A DNA stretch of 64,000 nt. Source: Terriglobia bacterium (GTDB lineage Bacteria; Acidobacteriota; Terriglobia; 2-12-FULL-54-10). Where the stretch lies: the NCBI GenBank assembly GCA_963666975.2, contig CAXVYR010000003.1, forward strand, positions 1,056,001 to 1,120,000, written 5' to 3'. The notes beneath the pieces were generated by a model, which saw nothing but the letters and a program-made list of their open reading frames with translations, ran no database searches and was not told where the DNA came from. Positions 30,157 through 39,878 of the stretch are shown piece by piece (within the stretch, counting starts at the first letter, position 1; every line of letters starts with the position of its first letter). Position numbers and translations under genes: made by a program.

Positions 30157-30282
30157 TTCTTTGAGCCCCATTGGCCTGTGTATTCACTTTGGGATATAAG
30201 CCGGCCTCCGTCCATTTCTACACGGGCGAATCTCGCATCCGTCTCCGTTTGACCCATTTTCCCTGGAGCGCCCTTCGCGTGC

Positions 30283-30588
30283 TTAGCCGTACTTTTTGAC
30301 CGCTTTCTCGATGGCGGGGCCGGCCTTTTCCAGGTCTTGAGGGACCATTGCCGGATGGAACTCAACAGAGGCATTGAACCCAAGAAACCACGGCTCTGCT
30401 ATGGCAGGAATCTGCGATGTATCCTGGATGTCAAGAATCAGTAACGCCGTCCTCTTACCATTCTCTTCGTAGAAATACACTGCCTCGGGCTTCAAATCTT
30501 CGAGAATGGACTGGGCCGCTTTGAAACCTTTTTTTGCTGCCGCATTGCCCGCCTCCACTGGCCAGGAAGCCTTAACCAAAAATCGCAT
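30283..30588 (-). CDS. Small dimeric alpha+beta barrel protein (DUF3303/GYD-like)
   Basis: GGAGG RBS; MRFLVKASWPVEAGN, KPEAVYF, GKRT, IPAIAEPWF. Confidence 0.75.
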   Translation of the reverse strand: MRFLVKASWPVEAGNAAAKKGFKAAQSILEDLKPEAVYFYEENGKRTALLILDIQDTSQIPAIAEPWFLGFNASVEFHPAMVPQDLEKAGPAIEKAVKKYG

Positions 30589-30760
30589 ATGTTCCTCCGC
30601 AAATTCTAAAGTTGCGCCGTCCATCTTACATCACACAGCATTATTCCGCATGCACGTAAAATCACGGTAGTAGGTCAGTTTCCGTTAGGCACAGCGTCAC
30701 AGGATTTGTCAGGGCACGGTTTTAACCGTGCCGTTAAGATGGCCATCTCCAGAAGGGCTT

Positions 30761-30904
30761 TAGAGTCTGTGTGGAAACCCGGAAAAGCCAGCAAATCTGA
30801 GCCGTGCGCGTGAGCAAGCGGACACAAACCGCTGGTTATCAATCCGAACTTTCGTGGTCGCTCCATTACTGTCGCGGCTCGGAATGGTTTCCACACAGAC
30901 TCTA
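30761..30904. mobile_element. TA-bounded MITE with perfect 19-bp TIR enclosing a REP-like pair
   Basis: TAGAGTCTGTGTGGAAACC ... GGTTTCCACACAGACTCTA; internal GAGCCGTGCGCGTGAGCAAGCGG / CGCTCCATTACTGTCGCGGCTC. Confidence 0.75.
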
Positions 30905-32206
30905 CAGACCCAGGATTCCCTGTTGCCCATGGTAGAAGAGCCCGGCCAGCGCGCCTGTCATAAGCGTCGCCAGAGTAGCGCCCGCCAGCGCGCGAAAAGC
31001 CAGAGCAGTAAGATCGTTTCTGCGGGAGGGAACCAGAGCGCTGATGCCGCCGACAAAAATCCCCATCGAAGCTAGATGAGCAAAACCACACAGCGCGTAA
31101 GAGAGGATTAGCAGAGTCCTGGGCGAGACGGCCTGAGTGGCGGCCATTTGCCCCAACCGCTGGTAGGCCACCACCTCGGTCAGGATAACGCGCTGGCCCA
31201 GAAGCCGGGCCGCCACGGGAAGATCGCTGCTTTCCAAACCCAGCAGCCAGGCGAGCGGGGCGAACAACCAGCCAAGAATGCGCTCCAGCCGCAGCGGCTC
31301 GTCAAACCAAACGTTCAAAGGCGCGGTCAACTTTTCCAACGCCAAGTCCACAATCCCAACCACGCCCAAGACTGCAATCAGCAGCGTGGCGATCCCTGCG
31401 GCCAGCTTTAAGCCGTCCCAAGAACCGGCGCTCAGCGCGGCCATAGTGTTGCCGTGGAGCTGGGACTCTTCGATTGGGGGCAGCGCGCCCAACGTCTCCG
31501 GCTTGCCCGTCTCGGGAAGCATCAGTTTGGAGACCAGGACCGCTGCCGGTATGGAGAGAACCGAGGCGGAGATGAGATGGCCGGCGATCTGGGGAAAGCC
31601 GTCCTTGAGGAAGAAGACGTACAGCGCCAGCGTGGTGGAGGCGACCGTAGACATGGCGCAGGTAAGGAGGGTTAATAGTTCCGAGCGGGTCATTCCGGCC
31701 AGATAGGGTCGCACCGTCGTGGCGGATTCGATCCCCACAAAGATGTTCGACGACCCGGCCAGCGCCTCCGCCCCCGACAGCCGCAACGTCTTTTGGAACA
31801 ATCGCGCGAACATACGGATCACCGGCTGAATCAGTCCGAGGTGGTAGCAGGCCGCCATCAGGGCGGCAAAGAAAATCACGGCCGGCAGCACCTGCGCCGC
31901 CAGGATAAATCCCACTGAAGGTTCTCCCGCCGAAGTGCTCTCACCCGGATTGAGCACCAACGGTCCGAAAAGAAACTCCGCCCCTGCGCGGCTCGCTCCC
32001 AACAAGGCGACCACCAGGTTATTTACGCTCAGTAGGAGCAGGCGGGTCTGCGGCAGCAAGAAGACCACCGCCCCCAAAGTCAGCATCAACAGCCCGGAGC
32101 CGAAAACCGTCCGCCAAGGCACAGGCCGCCGAAAGCCTCCCACTGCCCAAGCTAAACTTCCCAACGCAGCCAGTCCCAACAGAGAGATCAGATTCAGCAC
32201 GCTCAT
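30902..32206 (-). CDS. Concentrative nucleoside transporter (NupC/CNT family)
   Basis: FLFGPL, QVLPAVIFF, NIFVGIES, SIPAA, LTEVVAY, SYALCGFAH. Confidence 0.9.
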   Translation of the reverse strand: MSVLNLISLLGLAALGSLAWAVGGFRRPVPWRTVFGSGLLMLTLGAVVFLLPQTRLLLLSVNNLVVALLGASRAGAEFLFGPLVLNPGESTSAGEPSVGFILAAQVLPAVIFFAALMAACYHLGLIQPVIRMFARLFQKTLRLSGAEALAGSSNIFVGIESATTVRPYLAGMTRSELLTLLTCAMSTVASTTLALYVFFLKDGFPQIAGHLISASVLSIPAAVLVSKLMLPETGKPETLGALPPIEESQLHGNTMAALSAGSWDGLKLAAGIATLLIAVLGVVGIVDLALEKLTAPLNVWFDEPLRLERILGWLFAPLAWLLGLESSDLPVAARLLGQRVILTEVVAYQRLGQMAATQAVSPRTLLILSYALCGFAHLASMGIFVGGISALVPSRRNDLTALAFRALAGATLATLMTGALAGLFYHGQQGILGL

Positions 32207-32470
32207 GACTTTATGAATCCATATTGAAAACGGGTAAAAATTTGAAAAGACCTCGCCTATTTATCAAGATCGCACCCAGTCACTGAACATACCGATTTTG
32301 CACCACCGGCAATGCGAGTCTACATCACAGCCTGGGAGAGTGGAAATGAGTTTGGTTGAGAGGAATGGCGCAGGCCGCCGGTGCAGGGATTGCGACGTGG
32401 TTTGATACTGTGATGCATGAGTCCCCTGCGATGGATCGCAGAAAGCTATCCGCGCTGCTTGGCGTGCTTA

Positions 32471-32850
32471 CTAGAAAATCTCCGGGAGATAATAAACCAG
32501 CACGCTGTTCAACCGCATATCCGACACGACGATTTCCTTGTGTTTGGGATCGATGGCAACCCCGCGCGGCTTCTTCATCGTGCTCTGCGGCCCGTTATCG
32601 TTGTTATCGTTGATGCTCCAAACGCCGATGAAGGTGTCCTCCGGCTCCATCACATCTCCATCGCCAGCCTGGGACACCACGATCCAGCCTTTCGGCGGAT
32701 GGATCTGAACCTGGAGAGCCCTCACGAGACCGGTGTTGGGAGACGTGATCACCGCCTTTGGCTTGGCGTTCCCCTCGGCGGCGCGGTCGAAGATCACTAA
32801 AGACCCCATGGGAGTGCCCTCGCCGCGATATTGCGTCCCTGCAAGGTGGC
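32471..32850 (-). pseudogene. C-terminal fragment of an NHL/beta-propeller protein
   Basis: IFDRAAEGNAKPKAVI, FIGVWSINDN, KKPRGVAIDPKHKEIVVSDMRLNSVLVY; no credible start. Confidence 0.55.
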
Positions 32851-33249
32851 CAAAATGGAGGCCCGAGCTGAGGCCATCCGAGTCATGCATGCACAACAGA
32901 AAAAACCGGAGGAATGGAATTAGAAACTGGTAAATGCCCGGAGAGCGTTCTCCCCTGAGTTACCCCCCTACACATAACCATCAGAGATTACACGAAGTGA
33001 AACAATAATTCGTGGGTGTAAAAACTCAAGACTGGCCCGAACGGAGTCCGCAAGCAAGCGCTCAGCGAATGCGAACGGTTCCACCCGAAATGCAGGTGAA
33101 CCTTAGTATTCATTTTGGATTACACTTTGGATTACACTTTGCGGCATCGCCGCCGCGCGGAAAGCATCCGCGAGAAAACAGATACTCGCTGCGCCGCGCG
33201 AACCTGAGGAAACGGAGGAACTCGCTCATTTCAGGAAGACATTTTCTTT

Positions 33250-34100
33250 TTACCGTGCTGATGCTGTTACTTCTGATCGTTCCTATCCCGGTCAAAGCGC
33301 AAGACAAGCAATCGGAGGATTTATCGGGGGAGAGTGCGAACAGCCAGCACCGCACGATAAAAGTTTTGCCGCGCCACATCCTTCGCGATCAAGAATTCCT
33401 ATGGCTCCGTCCGTTTCGGCTGAAACGCGCTGATCTTCCCTGGGCAGCGGCCATCTTAGGCACTACTGCCGGATTGATCGCCAATGACAGGCGGGCGGGC
33501 CAGGAGCTTTCCGACGATCCTCCCGGCGGGGGTTTTACTTTCAGCCGTCGCGGCGGGCAGGTCAGCGGCGGGCTGACCGATCTCGGAATTGCGGGCGCCT
33601 TCTACCTGGCAGGCCGATGGCGGGGCGACGAGCACGCCCGCAACACCGGCCTGCTCGGCTTACAAGCTGTGGCCGATAGCATAATCATCATCGAAATCCT
33701 AAAGACTGCCAGCCAGCGCCCGCGGCCCACGCAAACGGGCGGCAGGCTGCGCAATCACAATGCCGACGGTGAATTCTTTGCAGGCGGACGCTCTTTTCCT
33801 TCCGGCCATTCTGCCGAGGCCTGAGCTTTGGCTACGGTTGTAGCCGGGCGATACCGTCACCGGCGCTGGGTGTCTCCCACCGCCTACGGTTTGGCGGGAC
33901 TCACGGCGGCGCTTCGGGTCACCGGGAGAAAACACTTCCCGGGAGACGTCTTCGTTGGCAGCGTGCTCGGCTACCTCATCGGCCGCCACGTCTTGCACAC
34001 CGCCTCCAGCAGCCCCTCCGGCAGGTCGCGCCGATTGCATCTGTTACCTTACACCCCCCGCGCCGGCGGCACTGCACTCAGTGTTGCCTGGATATTCTGA
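33250..34100 (+). pseudogene. PAP2-family phosphatase interrupted by an in-frame TGA (33822-33824)
   Basis: ORFs 33012-33824 and 33828-34100 share a frame: K....RPRP, SFPSGH, stop, R....HFPGDV; start approximate. Confidence 0.8.
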
Positions 34101-34337
34101 TTACATCCGCTATCGGCAACCCGTCGCTTTTGCCACCCCACACAACTAAAATAGGGAACATTGCAATAGACAAACGATCCGGCGGGGAACACCGGCGTTC
34201 ACGCTGGACGATCAACCTTGCCCGGCTTGTGCGCCCATTTCACAACGTGCGCAGAGAAAGGCGACCAGCTTCCCCGTGACTGGAGAGCAAACCGTCATTT
34301 CTTAGTGAATGCGAGGTAGAGGTGATTCCAGGCCGGA

Positions 34338-34721
34338 TCACCAATGCCATACCTGATCGTACTGGGAGAACAGGCCCGCCAAGTCGCCATTGCTAACGAG
34401 TTCGAAATCCCCGACCAAGCTTTTGAGAGGTATTCCCCGCTCCTCCACATCTTCCCGGACCACACGGACAGGAATTCCCGCTTCCTGCATCTTGAGCAGG
34501 TCCTTCTGCGGGTAGGCAGGATGTTCGATGGGGAATTTTCCGATGACCACGCCGGAGGGGTCCTGGGCGGACACGGCATAGTTTACGGCGTTCCCCCGCA
34601 ACAGCACGCCCATCTCGCCTCCCGCCTTCTTCAGGGCGTGGGTCACCCAGAGTGTAGCGTCATCGTGCTCTTCCTGCGTGCCCCGGTAAGGGGTCTCTAC
34701 TATGCAAAGAATTTTTGCCAC
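34338..34721 (-). CDS. DsrE-superfamily protein (DsrF/TusC-like, no C..RG Cys)
   Basis: IVETPYRGT, LLRGNAVNY, VREDVEERGI, YDQVWHW. Confidence 0.8.
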   Translation of the reverse strand: MAKILCIVETPYRGTQEEHDDATLWVTHALKKAGGEMGVLLRGNAVNYAVSAQDPSGVVIGKFPIEHPAYPQKDLLKMQEAGIPVRVVREDVEERGIPLKSLVGDFELVSNGDLAGLFSQYDQVWHW

Positions 34722-34787
34722 AGCACCAGCCTCCTTGTTGCTTCATTACTTTGTCTGGGTTACTTTATTGAGGTCGCTTTGTCGGGG

Positions 34788-35195
34788 TTACTTTGTCGGG
34801 ACCACCAGAGTGGCGTCGGATTCTTCCACCCACTTGTATAAGTCCGGGGGGCCGCCGCGCCGCGGGCCGTCAATCCAGTTCCCCGCTCCGCGCTCGTCCA
34901 CGCACAGGCCGCAGTTCACCCAGTCCAGCTTTACCCCTTTTTCCTTTGCCAGCTCGAACAGGCCCGCCACCAGGTCCTTGGTCAGTGGGTGCTTTTCCTC
35001 CTCCACCGAGGTTCCGTGGACCGGGTTGGGGTGGGGTTTCTGGTCCTTGACGGTCAGGCTGACGGCGCCCTCAAAGGCGAACACGTTTACGTTCATTCCC
35101 TTTCGGATGGCCGTGTCGATAATCCGCATTGAGGTCGTAGAGTTCGCGGATTCGTATGGAGGATCCATAATAGAGATTGTGAGCGTTTTTGCCAT
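34788..35195 (-). CDS. DsrE/TusD-like protein with CxxC
   Basis: IMDPPYES, VFAFEGAV, NCGLCVDERG. Confidence 0.85.
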   Translation of the reverse strand: MAKTLTISIMDPPYESANSTTSMRIIDTAIRKGMNVNVFAFEGAVSLTVKDQKPHPNPVHGTSVEEEKHPLTKDLVAGLFELAKEKGVKLDWVNCGLCVDERGAGNWIDGPRRGGPPDLYKWVEESDATLVVPTK

Positions 35196-35209
35196 GAGCT
35201 AATCCTCTC

Positions 35210-35542
35210 TTAGTGCCAGAGAACTTTCGTTCCTTTTTGTTCCATGATTTTGTCCAGCAGGTCGCCAATGTCAGCGGGCTTCACCGCCGAGTGCCGCTCG
35301 GCGTCCCCGATGCCTCGCTCCTTGAGCGAGAAGGAATCCACCAAGACTTGCGCCTTGCTCTTCAACAGGGCTCCCATCGGGTTTCCCTTGGCGTCTTTTC
35401 TGGAGGCCAGAGCCCCGTTCTGGACGAGGAAAACGGTCACCTGATCGCCGTTCCCGGCGAGGTCCGCCGCGACATTATAGAAGTAGGAAACGTCCCGGGA
35501 CTCGAAAGGGTCCCGCGACTCCACCATTACATACTGAGCCAT
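35210..35542 (-). CDS. DsrE-superfamily protein (DsrH/TusB-like, Cys-less)
   Basis: AAGGAG RBS before ATG 35542; ESRDPFES, VFLVQNG, VDSFSLKERGI. Confidence 0.8.
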   Translation of the reverse strand: MAQYVMVESRDPFESRDVSYFYNVAADLAGNGDQVTVFLVQNGALASRKDAKGNPMGALLKSKAQVLVDSFSLKERGIGDAERHSAVKPADIGDLLDKIMEQKGTKVLWH

Positions 35543-35949
35543 CTCAGCTCCTTGTCTCACCCCCAAGCGCAGGAAACTGATCCCTCCAGACAATGCTGCC
35601 TGGGAGAAAACCCTGCCCCGAAGGTCTGCGATTCTAAATTTGAGATCCACGCCTCTGCAAGCGCAATGCGGGGAAGGCTACACGCAAGGCAGGCAGGTTG
35701 TCAAGCATGACTGCTGCAAGCAAATTGTGCCGAGCAACATAAAAAATTATGAAGAAATGCGGAGAGATCAACGTTGATCTTGCTGAAATATAAAAAGGAG
35801 AATAGGGGCGAGGGGGTGGTTATGCAGGGATTTCTGTAGTCAGGATCAAGAGTTGTGCCGCCAATTTTGTGTTACCCTGACTCCCGGCAATTGGCGAACG
35901 ACCATCGGCGGACGTCTGTATCAAAACAACAAAGAGAGGGAGAAGCGAT

Positions 35950-36195
35950 ATGAGCACCGATCTCAGCGCCGATCTCAGCAAGGTGCAATACGTTTTTGGC
36001 GCGATCGCGCTGTCTCTGCTGGGCTCGTACTTATTGCTTGCGCAAAACTCCTCTATGAGCTTCTTCGTCACCAGCACGGGCCACGGCAATGGAGCCGATC
36101 TGGGTGGCTTGACCGGAGCCGATAGGCAATGCCAGACGCTGGTCGCAGCGGCAGGGGGCGGCGATGGCTTGCTCTACTGCTTCGCCATCAATTAA
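35950..36195 (+). pseudogene. Internally deleted endostatin/C-type-lectin-like secreted protein
   Basis: MSFFVTSTGHGNGADLGGLTGADRQCQTL joined directly to the C-terminal GGDGLLYCFA. Confidence 0.6.
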
Positions 36196-36311
36196 GACGG
36201 CGCTCTGTTCAACTAGCGAATGCAGATAGGCACTGACTCCCCGCTCTAGTGCTTCACCCGCCGATGGCCGCCGCGCAGTGCCCTTGCCGCCAAACATGGC
36301 AACGCAACTCC

Positions 36312-37304
36312 TTAAATCTTGAACGACTCCAGCGATTCGGGAGCAAAGAGTTCTTGCGGCGTCAGTTGCCACTTGGAGAGACCTTGCTCAAACGAGTAGC
36401 GAAGGAAGGTGCTCAAGGCATGCACGTTCCGCTTAAATCCGTAGGGCCAGAAGTCTTCCCCCATCGTGCGCCTTGTATCTTCCACATGGCGGATCAGCCA
36501 CGGGAGCATGATTTTCAGCGCTGCCGCCTCATACAGCTCTTGATAAGCTGCGCGTTGTGCAGCATCGAAGGCTTTATACAGGGATTGCGCAACCCAAGGG
36601 TGCTTGTCGCAGACTTCGCGGCGAATCACCACCGTGTGCATGATGGGAAATATCTTGGTCTTGAAATAGTAAGCCTGCTCCACGGTTTGGTAATCCTCAA
36701 ACAGCCGCCGCACACTGCCCGAGCCATGCACGAACGCGGACGGCATTCGGGGCGCATACAGAGCGTCGATCTCGCCCGCATCCAGCATCTGTGAAAGCGT
36801 TTTCGTTGGAGGAATTGCCTCGATCCGAATTTCTGGCGGCAAGGAGAGGGCGAGTTTCTCCGGCCGCCCCGGTTCTTCCTCGCCGCCGGTAAAGTACGTT
36901 GTCCCGGTGACGGGCACATTGTACTCGTCGCTCAGGATCCCGCGAATCCACACCCCGGCTGTTAATTGGTATTCCGGGGTTCCCACGCGCTTCCCCACCA
37001 GGTCCGCCGGCTCGCGGATTCCGCTGTCGCGATGGATGTAGATGGAGGAATGACGGAATAACCGCGACGGAAAAACAGGAATGGCAATGAACGGAGGGTT
37101 TTCCATGAACAGAGACATCACGTACGATGACAAAGACATCTCGGCCACGTCGAACTCCTGGTGTCGCAGCATGCGGAAGAACGTTTCTTCGACGGGAAGG
37201 TTCAAACACGTCAGTTCAATTCCATCCACCGGTATATGATTTTCCAGAAGCGCGCGAGTGCGGTCGTATTTCCAGCACGCCACCGATAGCCGAAGTTTAG
37301 CCAT
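36312..37304 (-). CDS. 4,5-dihydroxyphthalate decarboxylase-like / type 2 periplasmic-binding-fold protein
   Basis: YDRTRAL, EFDVAEMSLSSY, PVFPSRLFRHS, PEYQLTAGVWIRG, IFPIMH, DFWPYG; GGAGG RBS. Confidence 0.85.
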   Translation of the reverse strand: MAKLRLSVACWKYDRTRALLENHIPVDGIELTCLNLPVEETFFRMLRHQEFDVAEMSLSSYVMSLFMENPPFIAIPVFPSRLFRHSSIYIHRDSGIREPADLVGKRVGTPEYQLTAGVWIRGILSDEYNVPVTGTTYFTGGEEEPGRPEKLALSLPPEIRIEAIPPTKTLSQMLDAGEIDALYAPRMPSAFVHGSGSVRRLFEDYQTVEQAYYFKTKIFPIMHTVVIRREVCDKHPWVAQSLYKAFDAAQRAAYQELYEAAALKIMLPWLIRHVEDTRRTMGEDFWPYGFKRNVHALSTFLRYSFEQGLSKWQLTPQELFAPESLESFKI

Positions 37305-37654
37305 TCCTGATTCCTCCTGGCGAAGCGCAACAAGGCGGGACTTCACTGCCCCTTCGACTGCGCCTGTTTGCAAGGCTACAGACTGAAGTCCGACATTATA
37401 CTGAAATCCCCACATGATACTGAAACCGCCGGCGTGTCCGTGTTCAGCATCTTGGGGAGCAAAAGAACTATTCTATGCTGGAAAAGAGTTTCTCACTGCC
37501 GGCAAAGCTGAGCCTTTTGCTTTTGGCTGGGGACAATCTCGAAGATATACTTGCGGCAAACAACCAAAAGAATCGGCTCACTCAATCCGGATTTTTTGCT
37601 TGATTGCTGTGCTGTATATCTGCCGTTTGGGAGCGGGAGTGTTAGAATAGGTGC

Positions 37655-37936
37655 ATGCAACCGAAGGATGCAGCTTTCCCAAAAGTGGGCGCTGGATTTC
37701 ATGCTGACATAAAAACCCCCGAGAGCGCCTTCCGGCTCTTTGCACATGTCACTTCAGAAGGCTGGAAAGCAGAGGTCTACGACATGGACGCTCATCGGTG
37801 GTTCACAAGCGAATGGGCCGATGATGCAGCAGACGCAAAGCGAAAAGCGCAAAAGCTGGCCCGGCACCTTCTGCCTGGCGAATATCAGGTTGTATGGAAA
37901 CTCAATCCGAAACCAAAGGAAGCTGGCAAGCCCTGA
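37655..37936 (+). CDS. Hypothetical protein
   Basis: 93-aa ORF with globular composition; no family recognised. Confidence 0.45.
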   Translation: MQPKDAAFPKVGAGFHADIKTPESAFRLFAHVTSEGWKAEVYDMDAHRWFTSEWADDAADAKRKAQKLARHLLPGEYQVVWKLNPKPKEAGKP

Positions 37937-38048
37937 CCGGGTGTGCAACAAACGGGGATAACAATTCCTTAGCCACTCTTCCTCATTTGCCCCAAGTGTC
38001 AGATTCAATAATGGCTAGCCTGGCAGCCTCTCAGAACTCCAAGGGCAA

Positions 38049-38888
38049 TCACTCAGACTCAGTCCTTCTCAGCAACTCTAAAAGATTCTGGCATTGCAGT
38101 TGTATATTTCGGACAATTTCAAGCAACGGCGGGTTGGACTGGACGCTCATCGCCAGCAAGTCGGTAGAAACAAGCATTAAAGTTGTCGGAGCGACCGTCC
38201 GCCAATATCGCTCTTGCTGGCCGTTTGCCGAAGCGGCTGCGGCCGGAGATGGCAGGCCAGATGGAGAGCCCCCTGATTCCGCTCCTGCCCGAAGCCCCTC
38301 TTGCGTCGCTGTCAATTCCTCCTCCAGCTTCCGTATCCGTTCCTCTACCTCGCCCACCTGAGTTCTGCTTTCATCCCGTTCCGCCGCCATTTGTCGAATG
38401 GTTTTAACCGCGGTTTCTCTTTGCTGGCGGAACTGATCTTGGGCGGCACCCATTTGCCCTTCCAGTTGCCGCATATGCTCCTCTACTTCGTTCATCTCTC
38501 TCCGGGATTCATCCCGTTTGGTCTCCATCTGCTGGATCAAGCTCTCCGCCGCCTTCCGCTGCTCCTCAAGCTTCCCATCTGCAGCGCCTAGTTCTTGCTC
38601 CAGTTTTTGCATGCGAGCCTCAGTTCCGTCCAATTGGCCCCGGCTCTCATCCCGTTCCGCAGCGATTTGTTGTATCAGCCGCTCCGCCCCTTCCTTCTGT
38701 TCGGCCAGTTGCTGCTGGGCTTTTTCGAGCTGCTTCTCCAGCTCCCGCGAGCGACTTTCTTCCTTCTCATTCCTCTGGCTTGCCAGATGTTGAGTCAGCG
38801 TTTCTGCAGCCTCTCTCTCTTCCTGGAGTCGCCGCTCAATATCGTTCATCCTCTGATGGAACCTTTGTGTGCCTGTTTCTTTGTCCAT
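38049..38888 (-). CDS. Coiled-coil protein with 46-aa repeats
   Basis: Repeats A..LIQQ.A.ERDESR......E.RM..LE..LGAA. Confidence 0.7.
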   Translation of the reverse strand: MDKETGTQRFHQRMNDIERRLQEEREAAETLTQHLASQRNEKEESRSRELEKQLEKAQQQLAEQKEGAERLIQQIAAERDESRGQLDGTEARMQKLEQELGAADGKLEEQRKAAESLIQQMETKRDESRREMNEVEEHMRQLEGQMGAAQDQFRQQRETAVKTIRQMAAERDESRTQVGEVEERIRKLEEELTATQEGLRAGAESGGSPSGLPSPAAAASANGQQERYWRTVAPTTLMLVSTDLLAMSVQSNPPLLEIVRNIQLQCQNLLELLRRTESE

Positions 38889-39359
38889 GGGATTCTTGTA
38901 CCTGCCTTACTCCATTCTCAGCTGTACGTACGCTATCACCTACATCCCGGAAGTATTCTGTAATGCCTCATAGCCCGTGCTGCGACTTCCATTTTCCTCT
39001 TTGCGTCGAATGACAACAGCACTGTCTATTAAGATTCTGTATCCATACTGAAGCTGACCTTCACGAGGGGCTCGATAACAGAAGCGATTGCCCACGCTTT
39101 GCTCCTGGTTTGCAGCGCTTCGGTAATTTTAGGCCTCCCCTCCGAGGCAAGTCAACATCGGAGGCCGATTTGCCAAGATGCGGTGGCAACGCTGTTGGAT
39201 TGCTCTCTCGGCAAGCTTGCCCTTCCGCTTATTAAATGTTTTGCCTTCTAGTGTAAGATAAACAACAGGAAGCCGGTCCAGGGCTGAAAGTTAAACTCTC
39301 TTACTTTAGTAAGCAGCCCCATTCAACGGCCTGGCAGCACTTTTCCCCAGCCGGGGGCA

Positions 39360-39878
39360 TTGGACAATACCGACCTGGATATTGAACGGCTAGATATTTT
39401 TCAAATAGACAAGATGATTGAGCGAATCAACCGGGCGCGACAGAAGCTCATGGAATCGGTCGAGCCTGCAGAAGCCCGTCTGGAAAGCGTGCGCAATGCT
39501 TTGCGGCGTTCTCAATACCGGCAGGCAGTGCAGGAAGGAGTCGGGATTTCTCAGGACGATCTGGATGCAAACCAACTTCGCGAGCTGACCGACTCTATGT
39601 GGATGGCAAGAGCGGGAATCGGTGATAATTCCCCGGAGGAGTGTCCGTTCTATGACGTAATAGTCGAAGCCGGCGACAGGCTCGCACGGCTAGGAGTGGA
39701 CGAATATGCTTTCAAAAGCGAGTGGCCGAAGCGCTGTTCCGCAAAGGTGTCCGGCTTGGCCGGAATGAGGAAGCCATCCACGTCTACGACGCCGTTGTGG
39801 AGCGTTTTGGCGCAGCAGATGAACCGGCATTACGGGAGCAAGCAGCCCGTGCGAATTGCGCTTGACACGACAGGGTAG
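39360..39878 (+). CDS. Hypothetical protein with a probably chimeric 3' end
   Basis: Helical N-terminus; 3' part overlaps an out-of-frame TPR fragment and ends inside an IS1380 right end. Confidence 0.4.
   Translation: MDNTDLDIERLDIFQIDKMIERINRARQKLMESVEPAEARLESVRNALRRSQYRQAVQEGVGISQDDLDANQLRELTDSMWMARAGIGDNSPEECPFYDVIVEAGDRLARLGVDEYAFKSEWPKRCSAKVSGLAGMRKPSTSTTPLWSVLAQQMNRHYGSKQPVRIALDTTG

Noticed and set aside
34746-34801. CRISPR-like array
   Set aside because: Repeats are contiguous 14-mers with no spacers and no cas genes. No CRISPR array was seen in the window.
35715-35735. Sigma-54 promoter upstream of the DsrE trio
   Set aside because: GGCAC and TTGC are present but not at the required GG-N10-GC spacing.
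39060-39345. c-di-GMP riboswitch or ncRNA in the intergenic region
   Set aside because: A GCAAACC-like segment and a GGGCTG/CAGCCC hairpin are present, but the full consensus is not; needs an Infernal/Rfam search.
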